A DNA stretch of 64,000 bases from Vicugna vicugna (lineage: Eukaryota), in the NCBI GenBank assembly GCA_013265495.1, contig MU058213.1, forward strand, positions 3,720,001-3,784,000. The letters are read 5' to 3'. Below are positions 1 to 12,352 of this stretch, in pieces (within the stretch, counting starts at the first letter, position 1; the number at the start of each line of letters is the position of its first letter). A model generated the notes under the pieces. That model had not been told where the DNA came from. It saw only the letters and a list, made by a program, of their open reading frames with translations, and ran no database searches. The position numbers were made by a program, and so were the translations under genes.

Positions 1-1718
1 CAAAACAGCCTTATTGCTGATATGGAGAAAGTTTTATTTGTCTGGAAAGACGATCAAACTAGTCACAACATTCTTTTTAGCCAAAGCCTTATCCAGAGCA
101 AGGCTGGTAAGCTCTTCAATTCTATGAAGGCTGAGAGCGGTGAGGAAGCTGCAGAAGAAAAGTTTAAAGCTAACAGAGGATGGTTCATGAGGTATAAGGA
201 AAGAAGGCTTCTCCATAACATATAAGTGCAAACGCAGCAAGCACCAACTACAGAAACTGCAGCAAGCTTATCCAGAAGATCTAGCTAAGATCATTAATGA
301 AAGTGGCTACACTAAACAATAGATTTTCAAGAGGAAACAACCTTATATTGGAAGAAGATGTCATCTAGGATTTTTATAAGTAGACAGGAGAGGTCAAACC
401 TGGCTTGAAAGCTTCAAAGGACTAGCTGATTGTCTCATTAGGAGTTAATGCAGCTGGTGACTTTTAAGTTGAAGCCAATGCTCAATTTACCATTATGAAA
501 ACCCAATGTCCCTTAAGAATTATGCTAAATCTACTCTGCCTGTGCTCTAAAAATGGGACAACAATGCCTGGGTGGCAGCACATCTATTTACAACAAGGTT
601 TACTGAATATCTCATACCCCCTATTGAGAGCTATCGCTCCAAAAAAAAAAAAATTCCTTTCAAAATATTACTGCTCATTAACAAAGCACTTGGTCACCCA
701 AGAGCTCTGATGGAGATGCACAGGATTCATGTTGTTTTCATGCCTGATGACACAGTAACCCTTTTACAGCCCATGGATCAAGGAGTCATTTTGACTTTCA
801 TGTCTTATTCTTTAAGAGATACATTTCATAAGGCTATAGCTGCCATAGAAAGTGATTCCTCTGACAAATCTGGGCAAAGTAAATTGAAAACCTTCTGGGA
901 AAGATTCACCATTCTAGATACCATTCATCATTTGAGTTTGGAAGAAGGTGATTCCAACCCTCATGGAAGACTTCAAGGGGTTCAAGACTTTAGTGGAGGA
1001 AGTAACTACAAATGCAGTGGAAACAGCAAGAAAACTAGAATGAGAAGTGGAGCCTGAAGATGCGACTGAGCATCTGCAATTCCATGAGAAAACTTGAAGA
1101 GATGAGGAGCAGCTTCTTACGGATGAGCAAAGAGTGGTTTTGTGAGATGGAATCTATTTCTGGTGAAGATGTTGTGAAGACTGTTGAAATAACAGCAAAG
1201 AGTTTAGAATATTACCTAAACTTAGTTGATAAAGGAGTGGAAGGGTTTGAGAGGACAGACTTCAATTCTGAAAAAAAGTTCTACTATGGGTAAAATGCTA
1301 TCAAACAGCATTGCATACTACAGAGAAATCATTCATAAAAGGAAAAGTCAATTGATGTGGCTAACTTCATTGTTTTATTTTAAGAAATTGCCACAGCTAC
1401 CTCAACCTTTAGCAACCACCACCCTGATCAGTCAGCAGCCATCAACATCAAGACAAGACCTTCCACCAGTGGAACAATTATGACTCACTGTAAACTTTGG
1501 TGATGCTTCACATTTTTTAGCAATAAATTATTTTTTAGTTAAGGTATGTACATTTTTTAAGACATAATGCCATTGCACTTAATGCAGTACACTACATTAT
1601 AAATACAACTTTTATATGCAATAGGGAAGCAAAAATTCATGTGACTCACTTTATTATGATACTCGCTTTATTGCCATGGTCTGGAAAAGAATTTGCAGTT
1701 ATCTCCAAGATATGCCTG
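1..1718 (+). mobile_element. Tigger1 (TcMar/pogo DNA transposon), decayed transposase and right end; 5' part lies outside the window
   Basis: ORF fragments 22-225, 572-1057 and 1060-1293 match pogo/Tigger1 transposase (e.g. '[10 protein letters not shown]'). Ends in TIR-like 'atctccaagatatgcctg' at 1718. Many stops and frameshifts. Confidence 0.93.
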
Positions 1719-1939
1719 CCTTATAAATGCTTGTTAATTATATTATAAAACTCATTTTGTTGGTCTGAACGTTAAAACTAATTTCAACCAGAAGAATTAA
1801 ATCTATCACCACTCTATAACTTTTGTGTATAATTTAATTACTGATCATATTATTAAAATTAACTTTTCAACTTCTTAGTGACATTACTTCATTCACTGAG
1901 TTAATATTTTTTCTTATTATTTTTTAAGTCATCAAGTTG

Positions 1940-3530
1940 CAAGAATAGGAAAGTTATAAAGGATAAGAACACTCATGTACCTGCAAGTCAGTGTAAACAA
2001 ATCTTAGTATTTTGCCTTTTTCCTGTTAAGGAAAAAAACTTTACAGATAAAACTGAAGCCCCTATGGGCCCTTCCGCAATTTCATTTCACCATTCCTCTA
2101 CCATTCCCATAAGTGTTTATATTTTTACTACCAATGTTGAGTATATTCATAAAACTATATAAAAGTTTTGTTTACTTTATAGACATGCAGTTATGATACA
2201 TGTAACATTCTACCTTTTTTCTCCCTTTTAATTAATAGATTTTAGAAGTGTATCTGTTTTAATTCACTCTAGTTTATCCATTTTAACTGTTAGTGTTTTG
2301 GGTTGAATATATCCATCCCACCCGAAAATTCATATAGTGAAGTCCTAATCCTCAGTACCTCAGACTATGACCCTATTTGAGGATAGGGTCTTTACAGAGG
2401 AAATCAAGTCAAATGAATGAATCAGTATTTGGGGAGATCTAATCCGATATGACTGGTATGCTATAAAAAAAAGGGAAATGTGGAAACAGAAATGCACAGA
2501 GGGAAGACAATGTGAAGAGACATAGGGGGAAGGCCATGTGCAAGTCAAGGAGAATGACCTAGAACAGATTCTTCCCTCATCCCTCAGAAGGAATCAATCC
2601 TGCGAAAACCTTGATTTTGGACTTGTAGCCTCCAGGACTACGAGGAAACACATTTCTGTTGTTTACACCACCTAGTCAGTGGTACTTGGTTACAGCAGCT
2701 CTAGCAAACTCATACATACAGTACCCACTGTTTGAACATGCCACTTTTTATGTGTTCTTTCACTGAAGGGCTTTTATGGTATTTCCAGCTCTATTTTTAT
2801 AACACACAATATTGCAACAAACATTTGGCACACAGATCTTACTATACACATTGCCAAGACTTTTTCTCAGACAGTCACATACACAAACATACACAGACAA
2901 ACCCTGCAGGGGAATTCTGGTATGTTGCTGTTCAACTTTCTAATTATTGCTAAATTGCCCTTCAAAACACTCCATCAGCTGTGTACAAGAATGATTTCTC
3001 TCTCTGTTCTCTCTCCAAAGTGTGGTAATGACAGACTTTTGCCAATCTGATGTGTGTGAAATATTTTTGTTGTTTTAATATGCATTCTCCTATTAGCGAG
3101 GCTGAACATCTTTTCGTATTTATCAACCATTGATCTTTCTTCTGTGAACTACCTTCTCATATCCTTTACCCATTTTTTCTATTTGGTTGCTTGCCAATAT
3201 TACGATTTATATAATTCACTTAGAGGAGTCCTTTTATACTTTAGATACTAATCCTTTGCCAATTATTTGAATTACGTATATCTTCTCCACATTTGCAGCT
3301 TGTTTTTCTTTTTATGGCACTCACTGTTTTACAGACAGCTTTTATTTCAATATAGTCAAATTTACTGATAGTTTTCTTCATGAGAAGTGCTTTTGGTGTC
3401 TTGTTTTTAAAAAGGCTTCCTTATCATGAGGCCACAGAGACTTTTTTTTTTAATGTTTGCTTTTCACTGTTAGGGGGTTAAACTTCCCTGGATTTTGTGT
3501 GTGATATAAGGTTTTTTCATATAGATAACC
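1940..3530 (-). mobile_element. Old L1M fragment interrupted by an MLT1 LTR
   Basis: Antisense L1 ORF2/3' motifs such as 'ttttgccaatctgatg...ttgttgttttaatatgcattctcc...gctgaacatcttttc' and 'gatactaatcctttg'. Confidence 0.6.
2294..2716 (+). mobile_element. MaLR solo LTR (MLT1B/MLT1C-like)
   Basis: TG...CA ends; diagnostic 'aaaattcatatagtgaagtcctaatcctcagtacctcaga' and 'ttgattttggacttgtagcctccag...ctagcaaactcataca'. Confidence 0.88.
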
Positions 3531-4429
3531 TTGTAGACAAGGCCTAAGTCTTATTAATCTGTTTCCTAAGTCTAGTACTTTTCCTGGTGCACTTCAGACA
3601 AATAAAAATGTGTGATCAATAAAAGCAGAAATAGAGGGAAGAGAAAGGGAGACAAGGCAGGGATGGGAGTGTGGGAAAAACTATTCAAATCATGGTCCTT
3701 TGTGCAAACTAAATATCAGAACCATGTAAGTCACAGGGCATTAAAACAGATTTGGAGGTGTTCTGCAGAAAGATGAACTTTTCAGAACTCTGGAATGCTG
3801 AAGGCAAAGCTACTCCTCATGTGTAAACTGGGTACTGATTCTACTTTCTCTCTCTCAGATGAGAATACAGCCTTGCTAGTGGTTAACTGGTTCAAAATCC
3901 AGAAAACCATAATGCTCTGTAACTATCACTTGATTATTATAATCGTCAAGTCTCTGCAGAATGTTCATGAAAGCCTAGGTGCAGAGGGCAAAGATACACC
4001 ACGAATTTGATATACTAACTCCAGCTGAATTTTTCCTGTAGAAAAGGTAGCTATATGCACCCTAGGGAAGATAGAGACTGGAAAAGCTTTTAAAAGATAA
4101 GCTGCATTCACTACTATTCAGGATAGTCATGTGGCTGCTACATTCTTAACTCAATAGTCCAGGAACAATCAACAGGTTGGTGAACAGTCTCCTCCCAACC
4201 AACCCTAACCTGAAAGTCAAATGTGGAGAGGGAGGCACAAGAGAAAACAAAGGAAAAGAGGACCCAGAATGACTTTCATCTCAGTTGCCCTCAACAGAAA
4301 ATAGCCCCCTAGAGCAAAGTTATGATATCCAGCTCAGTACAGTAGAGGAAGTATGTTGCATAAGAGTAAAAGGGAGTATTCTTGCTTTAATACTGAACCA
4401 TGTCTACATTCTGAACCATATATACATCT

Positions 4430-4925
4430 ATTGACTAATATAGAGGACATAGAGGGGAAGAAAAATATGCTAAATAGCACCATGGGAATGAAATCAGCAA
4501 AACCCAGACTGTGGGAAACTCCAGAGGACAAATGTCCAGTTTCTTCAACAAATAAAAACATACAAGGAAAATTTTAAAAGATCTATAGATTAAGATATCA
4601 ACTAATAGCAGTGTATGGATGCTGATTCAAACAAACTATAAAAAAAAGACAAAACAAAATGAGATGTGGAAACCTGAACACTGTATGCTTGCTAATAACA
4701 AGGAATTACAATTTTTGGTGGGTTAATCATACAGCTATATTTATTTACAGATGAAATCATATGTCTGGAATATCCTTCAAAATAATCAATGGAGGGTACA
4801 GACAAGGTTTATATACATGTATATGATTAGCTATGAGATTAGTTGAAGCTGAAAAAGGATCTGAGAGTTCACTGTATTTTCTCTCCTTTCGTATACAATT
4901 GAAAAATTTCAAAATAAAGTTTAGA
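4430..4925 (+). mobile_element. Old L1 (L1MC-like) 3' end
   Basis: 'aatcagcaaaacccagactgtgggaaactccagaggacaaatgtccagtttcttcaacaaataaa' and terminal 'tgaaaaatttcaaaataaa'. Confidence 0.65.
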
Positions 4926-5182
4926 AAGGGGGAGCACTTAGCAGATCTTTTTCAAAAGAAAAGCATATCAATTATGTAGGTCCTACAGCTAAGAGAACGG
5001 TCCAAGACCCAAAAGCCTTCTAATGTTGATTTAAACTCTGAAGTACTTAAATTCTATGAGAAGGCTATATAGAAAACTGAAGAATCACAGATTCACCCAC
5101 TGCAACCAATGTCTACTGTTACTGTTAATCAGTATTTACTAAATAGACATTGAGTGATACTGAAAAGAATATGTTGACAGTA

Positions 5183-5310
5183 GAGTCAGCCATCACTATC
5201 CGTGGGCCAACCGTACTATGTCAATCTATATAAGGGACTTCAGCGGCACAGATTTTGGTATCCACAGTGGGTCCTGGAACCAATCCCCCACAGACACTGA
5301 GGGATGACTG
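5183..5310. mobile_element. Tigger-family MITE (MER2-like)
   Basis: TA at both flanks (5181-82, 5311-12); 'ggtcctggaaccaatccccca...tgagggatgactg' matches a MER2-type terminus. Confidence 0.75.
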
Positions 5311-7641
5311 TATTAGAAAGTTTAGATGATAATGACTGATTTTCATTAAAACTTTCTAATCAGTTATTTTCCACTTTCTGCTGTTCTTCACATATAGGCA
5401 GGTATCTTTCATTATCTGATTGCTGATTGTTCCAAATGCTAAATTTAGCATTAAAATTTGCTCTAAAAGGACTGTAAAAATCTATACTTTGGGGAAGCAG
5501 GGTACTAAACAAAATTTGGTATTCTCTTTAGTCTCAATCTATGCATCTGAGGTTGATAATAAAAGTTCAAATAGTCAACAGGATTCAAATGTGCAGTCAA
5601 ATAGTATGAAAGCATTTGCACATACAATACACCTTTTAAAGTTAAAAAGTCCCCTTTAAGGAAATTTATGTAGTAAGAAACACCACAATATGTGTAGCGA
5701 GAAAAAAAACATGGTTCTTGAAAGAAGGAACTCCAATTCTGCCACTACTAGTGATACGTCTGTTGCTTAGATGAACTGTTTTTTCCTTGAAGTATGACAC
5801 CTCCTCCAAAGCTTTTTGTCAAGATTAAACAAAATGATTTACATAAAAGCCATATTACAGTAACAAGCAAGTAACAGCTTGTTAATAAATGTTAAATGAA
5901 GCCAAATCTAATCTAACCCCTTTTTATTTATAGTACAGAAGCTAAGGACCAAAAAGGTTAAATGGCTTGTGCAAGGTCACACACTGATTTTTCTTTGGCC
6001 CCATTATCCAATAAAAATGCTACTTTTATACCTGATAATAATGCCTCTATTTTACATTGATATTTTACTTAAGAAGAAAAATTCTGCCCATGTCTCATCA
6101 TTTTGGAACTTCCTTCTCCAAAAAGCATTAGGTATTGCCAGTAAGTGTGCTAGATGAAGGTTTTGGCTAGCTCCCAAGTCATACACTCTTTGCTGGGCTT
6201 CAATGCCCTCTAGTGCTGATCTGCAGAGGCAGCCTCAGGTTCCAAGGACAGGCAAATTTACCTGGTCTACAGAATAGGTAACAGTGCCCATAAAAATAAT
6301 GAAATGAAACAAGAGATAGGTGCATGCACAGAGAGACCCATCTATAAGGATGACTCTGCTTTCTTGGGGAGGTGAGACTTTGAGAGGTTTTACTTTCTTA
6401 CCAAACTTAAAAAAACTTCTTACATTTTTAGCTCCTGTTTGAATTTTTATAATAAACATAAAACTTTTAAAAACATACTAAAACATGGAGAGAATAGTAT
6501 CATGTAAATAGGACAGTGGGGAAAATTATTCTTTTTCCCCCACTGCATAGTTTCAGAAAAAGTTACATAGCCATGCAGCTTCATATCTTCTTATATTACA
6601 TTACGAAAAAGCTGGGTCTGAGATAAGACAGATCTTTAAATTGAAATAAACATGGAGATAAAGGTAAATGACTTCATTTTCTTTGGATGGACCTTATGTA
6701 TCACCAAGAGTTGACATGTGTGTAAGTCTTTACTAACTAAAAGGCTTTAAACCAACTTACGGTATTCATTATTTAATGGATGCTTATCTGCGACTCTAAA
6801 GGAAGGAAACCAAAGTAAGGACAGCTACAGAGGTCGGAACTTAAAATGAGATTTCCTCTAAGATTGCAGACGCAGGCAATGATGCTTGATTTGCGGATCA
6901 GAAACCATGCTATTGTCTCATATAAACTGCTACAACAGTATTTCTTAAAACTGTAGTTGAAAAGACACTTAGGGTATACTGCCTTCTTGAGACACGACTT
7001 ACTACTACTCTTTTCCAGATTTTATTGGGGCTATAAAGGGTTCAGTATCCTAATATCTGTTCCAAAAAATGAAGCCACCAAGTTCAATGTCCTATTGTCC
7101 TGCATTTAACCTCAAGAATCATAGGACTTTTGTCATAATAAAAGGCAAAAAAACATTAAAAAAAACCAATCTGATAGTTAATACTAAAATTATTTCCCCC
7201 AAAGCACTAAAAGAACCAAAAGCAGAGAGCCTGACCTAAAAATGCTGTTCCAAACTATAAAGCAGAAGGTTATCTAAGGCAATCAAAGATTGTCAATGCT
7301 CAAATGATATTTTAGAGAGAAAGATACCAAAACTGATATATTAAAGGCAGAATAGTTATCAATGGAAATAGGGAAAATAATTTATTAATGATACAGTTAG
7401 TAGAAAGGTCTATAGCTTTTTTATCTTTCTCCCTTTGCTTACAGCATTATTCCATATAGGAAGGTCTGGTAAGAATCTCTTCCTGGGACAGTTCAAAGAG
7501 ACTTACGGGATGTAGAGTCATTTGATCTCAGGTCAAAAGTTTTCAAAACAAAAACAATTCTTCTCTGGGCCAGAAGCTTTACAAAAACCTAAATATAAGG
7601 TTCAAGTCTTCAAGACCCGTCAGTTCATAGGAAAAGTGTTT

Positions 7642-7952
7642 ACAGACTCACTGTCCAACAGAAATATAATACAAGCCACATAATTAATCTTAAATTATCT
7701 ACTAGTCACATTAAGTAGAAAAAAAAGGCAAAACTGATTTTAATAAAACATTTTATATTAATACATGAAAAACATTACCACTCCAGGATTTAAACATAAA
7801 AATCATTAAAATATTTTAGATCTTTTCTTCATACTACTAAATATTTGAAATCTAGCATGTATTTCATACATAAGACATCTCAATATGATTTAGTCATATT
7901 TTAAGCACTCAATAGCAACATGTAGCTAATGGCTAGTGTACTGACAGTGCAG
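7642..7952. mobile_element. hAT-Charlie MITE (MER33-like)
   Basis: 'ctgtccaacagaaatataatacaagccacat' ... 'ctcaatagcaacatgtagctaatggcta...gacagtgcag', about 310 bp. Confidence 0.8.
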
Positions 7953-8099
7953 GCCTATGGCACAATATGTTTCATGGGCTACACTTAAAAGAATATAATA
8001 AAGCTTGATGGCTGCCTCAGAAATGAGCATTCAGAGACAAAACAGGTCATAAGTTACTCTTTAATTGTATTTACTCCTTAAAAAGTATATGAAACAGTC

Positions 8100-8660
8100 C
8101 CATTCCTCAGCATGTATCTGGAGAAAACTATAATTCAAAAAGACACCTGCACCCCAAAGTTCACAGCAGCACTATTTACAACAGCCAAGACATGGAAGCA
8201 ACCTAAATGTCCATCGACAGATGACTAGATAAAGAAGATGTGGTATACATATACACAACGCAGTATTACTCAGCCATAAAAAAGAATGAAATAATGCCAC
8301 TTGCAGCAACATGGATGGACCCAGAGATTATCATATTAAGTGAAATTAAGTCAGGCAGAGAAAGACAAATATGATATCACTTATATGTGGAATCTAAAAA
8401 AAATGATACAAATTCTATTTACAAACAAAAACAGACTCATGAACATAGAAAACAAACTATGGTTACCAACAGAAAAGGGTGGGGGAGGGATAAATTAGGA
8501 GTTTGGGATAAACAGATGTACATCACTGTATATACAAAATTGATAAACAACAAGGACCTACTGTATAGCACAGGGAAATACATTCAATTTCTTGTAAAAA
8601 CATATAATGGAAAAAGAATCTGAAAAGAATATATATGTATTTATGTATACGTAAAAAAAA
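8100..8660 (+). mobile_element. 5'-truncated artiodactyl-type L1 3' end
   Basis: 'aagacacctgcaccccaaagttcacagcagcactatttacaacagccaagacatggaagcaacctaaatgtccatcgacag' and 3'UTR 'aacaaggacctactgtatagcacaggga'; A-tail near 8653. Confidence 0.9.
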
Positions 8661-9109
8661 AGTCCTCTCCTTCAAACTAATTGAAAAGCTAAGTAAGTGT
8701 GGAACATTAAGTAAAATAATAATTTATTATGAAGCCTAAGAAAAATCTGTCAGTCTTTTAGGTAGACTGCCTTCATGATACGTGCAGAATAATTTCTTTT
8801 CTCGACCTTACTAGGGCAGGGAAGTGATCAGTGTCCCAATATCTGTCCCTACCAAAAGAGTCACTAAGCTAATATCCTGTTTCCTGCACTTAAAACCAAG
8901 AATCACAGACACAGATGATAAACCATTTATGTGTGCAGTCAATAAGGGATTATAACATAATACAAGGGGAAGATACTTGTCAAGTTAAAAAGAGTATGAC
9001 AAGGTTAGGAGCCAGCCATCTGGAATATCTGACCATCTGGAAGAGCGAACTGCCAGGTTAGTAAACATAAGTGACATACCACTGGTATTTAGAGCTGCAT
9101 TTTGTTAAG

Positions 9110-9398
9110 GACTGTTCCTCCCAACATAAATAGGTAGCCCATGGGAAAAGCAATTGATATTCAAATACATTTAGGAATTACTGAGTTAAATAAAATTAAA
9201 CATTATTCTAGGTTCCTTCATCTCTGTAATACAGGACTGTTCATGGACCTTAACATGCCATCATGCACTGTTTCCATTTAGGGTGAGTTAGAAGGACGGC
9301 GACAGTGTATAGCATTTCCCAAATAATTAAACAAAGAAATTTTATTGTCACGGATCATCTTCAGAAACTAGTATCACACATTGTAAAATAATGATCTA
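9110..9398. mobile_element. Probable ancient hAT-Charlie fragment
   Basis: 'caaatacatttaggaattactgagttaaataaaattaaaca' and 'tagcatttcccaaa' resemble MER11x-type elements; subfamily uncertain. Confidence 0.4.
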
Positions 9399-10234
9399 GA
9401 AGCACAGGTAAGAAAGACAACTTCCACAACCCCTGGGAGAATCAGTGCTAGAGTAAGGGCTTTAAGAAAAGAATATACTGTATTGTTGGGCTAAGCTTTG
9501 AGGGTCTTCTTCCTAACAATATTCTAACATAAATTCTAAGGACTATATTATCAGGAACATCTTTTTGATTTGCTCAAGCATAAAAGCCAATAATCAATCC
9601 TTAGAGCTATAATAACCACGCTCTTCCTATATCCAAGTCATAATGGCTATGAAATATAAGATTAATTTAATCAAAATCCTACCCCCTCCCCCAAACCTTA
9701 TTTTGGTCTTTAGGCTCCTGCAAAACAAAAAAGAAACTTCATGAAATCAAATGGGAGTGTGGGTGAAAGATTCATGATTATAAGCTGCTGCAGCTGAAAT
9801 TTGGCAGGTTTAAGAACTTTGTGAACTTTACAGCACAAAGATAAACAAGTAACCAGAATTAATATACACAGAAACATTTGAAATAGCTACATTATCTAGA
9901 ATGAAAAGGGATCTAAAATACCTGTAAGGTTGCCAATGAAGACAATAAGAGCAAAAATAGTTACTCCCCCAAAGGAAGATTTTCCTATGGTTTATGGAGG
10001 TTATCACTGGTAAAACAAAGACACTCCCCAAAATATTCTGTGATCTCTCCACATCCTGAATCTGGGTTAAATGCTTCTCTTTACAAGATCAAAGGAGAGA
10101 AAATAGAAATTGAAGGTAAGACTTCACAAAGTATTCAGGACAGACAGTTATAACCGTCAGAAGCAGAAGACACTTCATTTTTGCCAGTCGGGTAGGTGTA
10201 AAAACGTTATCTTGATTTGTCTTTCCCTAAGCAC

Positions 10235-10254
10235 TAACAAGTCTGAGCATGTTC
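10235..10254. promoter_or_regulatory. Candidate p53-family response element
   Basis: TAACAAGTCT GAGCATGTTC: two RRRCWWGYYY half-sites, no spacer, 19/20 match. Confidence 0.6.
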
Positions 10255-11885
10255 TAGTGATCTTGTTTTGTTTTGTTTTTCAAACCATGTCTCCTTTTTA
10301 TAAAATGCCTGGTTATTTTTTTTGCCCAGATTTCTATTTGCTTCTTTCTCTGTCTTAGTAATCTGTATGACTTCTTTATATATTTCAACTACTACTCTTT
10401 ATGTTATGTTGCAACTATCTTCTCTCAGTTTGTGATTTATCCTTTCACTTTCATTACATACACACGAGATCAAAACACTTTAGAATTAAATGTAACAGAA
10501 ATGCTAGAGATTTCTACCAAACATTTTAAGAACACAAATCCTTCTTTTCCAGAAAATAGAAGAGGAAGGAAAACTTCGCAATTCATTTTATGAAGCTGGT
10601 ATTACCACTGCACTGGCAGAGTGATAGACACATAGGTCAATGGAACAGAACTGAACAGCTAAAATCAGACCCATTCACATGCTCATCTGACTTTTGACAA
10701 AGGTGAAAAAGCAATCCAATGGAGGAAAGACAGATTTTCCACAAATGTTGCTGGAGCAATTCCACAGGCTGAAAATGAGATACCATTTAACAGCCATTAG
10801 GATAGCTACTACTAAGAAACAAAACAAGTGTTAGCAAGGAGACAGAGAAACTGGAATCCTTGAGCCATTAATACTGTAGTCATAATTATAATTAGTCCTG
10901 GCATTTGGTGTTGCAAGTTCCTAACTTTGTCCTTTTTAAGGAGCATCCTGACTATTCTAGGCGATGTTCTCTTCCACAAAAAGCTTAAAATCAGATCTGT
11001 TTTATTGAAAAACACTATTTTGATTAAAATTGCATTGAACTTGTACAATTATTTGGTAACAAATGAAAAAAGTCTTTATAGTAGTATTTATTTCAATGAA
11101 CATGGTATGTTTCTCCATTTACTTAGATCTAAATTAATTACATCTTTCAATGGGGTTTTAAAAATCTATTAAAGACTTGCAAATCTCTAGTTAGACTAAT
11201 TTACAAGAATCTATTTGTTTTTGTTATCGAATATTTTTAAATTTTATATTTGTGTATAAATTTTTATGTAAAATACAAATGACTTGCTAGACTATTTTAA
11301 TTTCAATAATTTTTACATAAATTGTATTTTCTATACAAGTTAATCTATAATAAGTTTATTTCTTCTTTATAATTATTCCTTTTACTCATTTTATCTTTTT
11401 CTGAATGTACAATGTTGCTAAGAGTAGTAATAAGCATCCTCATCTTGTTTCTCATTTTAAAAGAGTGTTTTCAATCTTTTTCACTAATAAGTTTTTTGTA
11501 GTTTCTTTGTAGATGCCTTTTACCAAGTTAAGGAAGTTCTCTTCTATTCCTGGCTTGTTAAGAGTTTTATCATAAACAGATATTGAATGTTACTAAATTA
11601 TTTTCCTACATCAATTCAGATAATCAAATAATTTATCTTCCTTCATCTATTAAAGTGGTCAATTATATAGGAACAGATTTTCTAATGGGCTTTTACTCTG
11701 TAATAAACTCAAGGTTGCTAAGATATATTACCTTTTTAAATACATTTTTGGCTTCAATTTTCTAATTTTTGCTTTGGGCATTCTGTTTCTATGTTTGCAT
11801 GGGACAGTAAAATTAAAGGCCATTCTTAATATGCTATCTGATTTGGGTGCCAAGATTATACTAGTCTCACAAGATGAACAGGAGT

Positions 11886-12352
11886 GTATGTTAGGGACTG
11901 CTGTATAATACATTACTTTAAAACTTAGTGGTTTAAACCAACAAACATTTCCTTTCTAACGGTTTCTGCATGTCAAGAACTTGAGAGTGGCTTAGCTGGG
12001 TGGGTTCTGTCTAAGTGTTTCTCATGAGGTTTCAGTCAGGATGTTAGCAGGAGCTGCAGTGTCCACTTTCAAGACTGGCCCAATCACATGTTGGGAGGCC
12101 TCAATTCCTCACACAGGCTTCTCCACAGCCCTGAGTGTCCTCACGGTAAGTTAATGGGCTACTCCAAGAATGAGTGAGGAAGAAGCTGCAGTGCCTTTAT
12201 GAACTATTCTCTGAGGTCCCACACTGTCACTTCTGCTTTTTGCTGTTAGAATTGCATCAATAGGTCCAGCCCTCACTCAAAGGGAGGGAATTAGGCTCCG
12301 CCTTTTGAAGGAAAGAGTATCAAAAGATTTTAACATATTTTACAATGACCAC
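11886..12352 (-). mobile_element. MaLR solo LTR (older MLT1 subfamily) inserted into L1
   Basis: 'aaaacttagtggtttaaaccaacaaacatt', 'gcttagctgggtgg', 'ggtccagccctcactcaaaggggagggaattaggctcc', ending 'accaca'. Confidence 0.8.

Noticed and set aside
572..1057. 161-aa ORF as a domesticated TIGD/CENP-B-like gene
   Set aside because: It is part of a frameshifted, stop-ridden Tigger1 copy with its terminal repeat still present.
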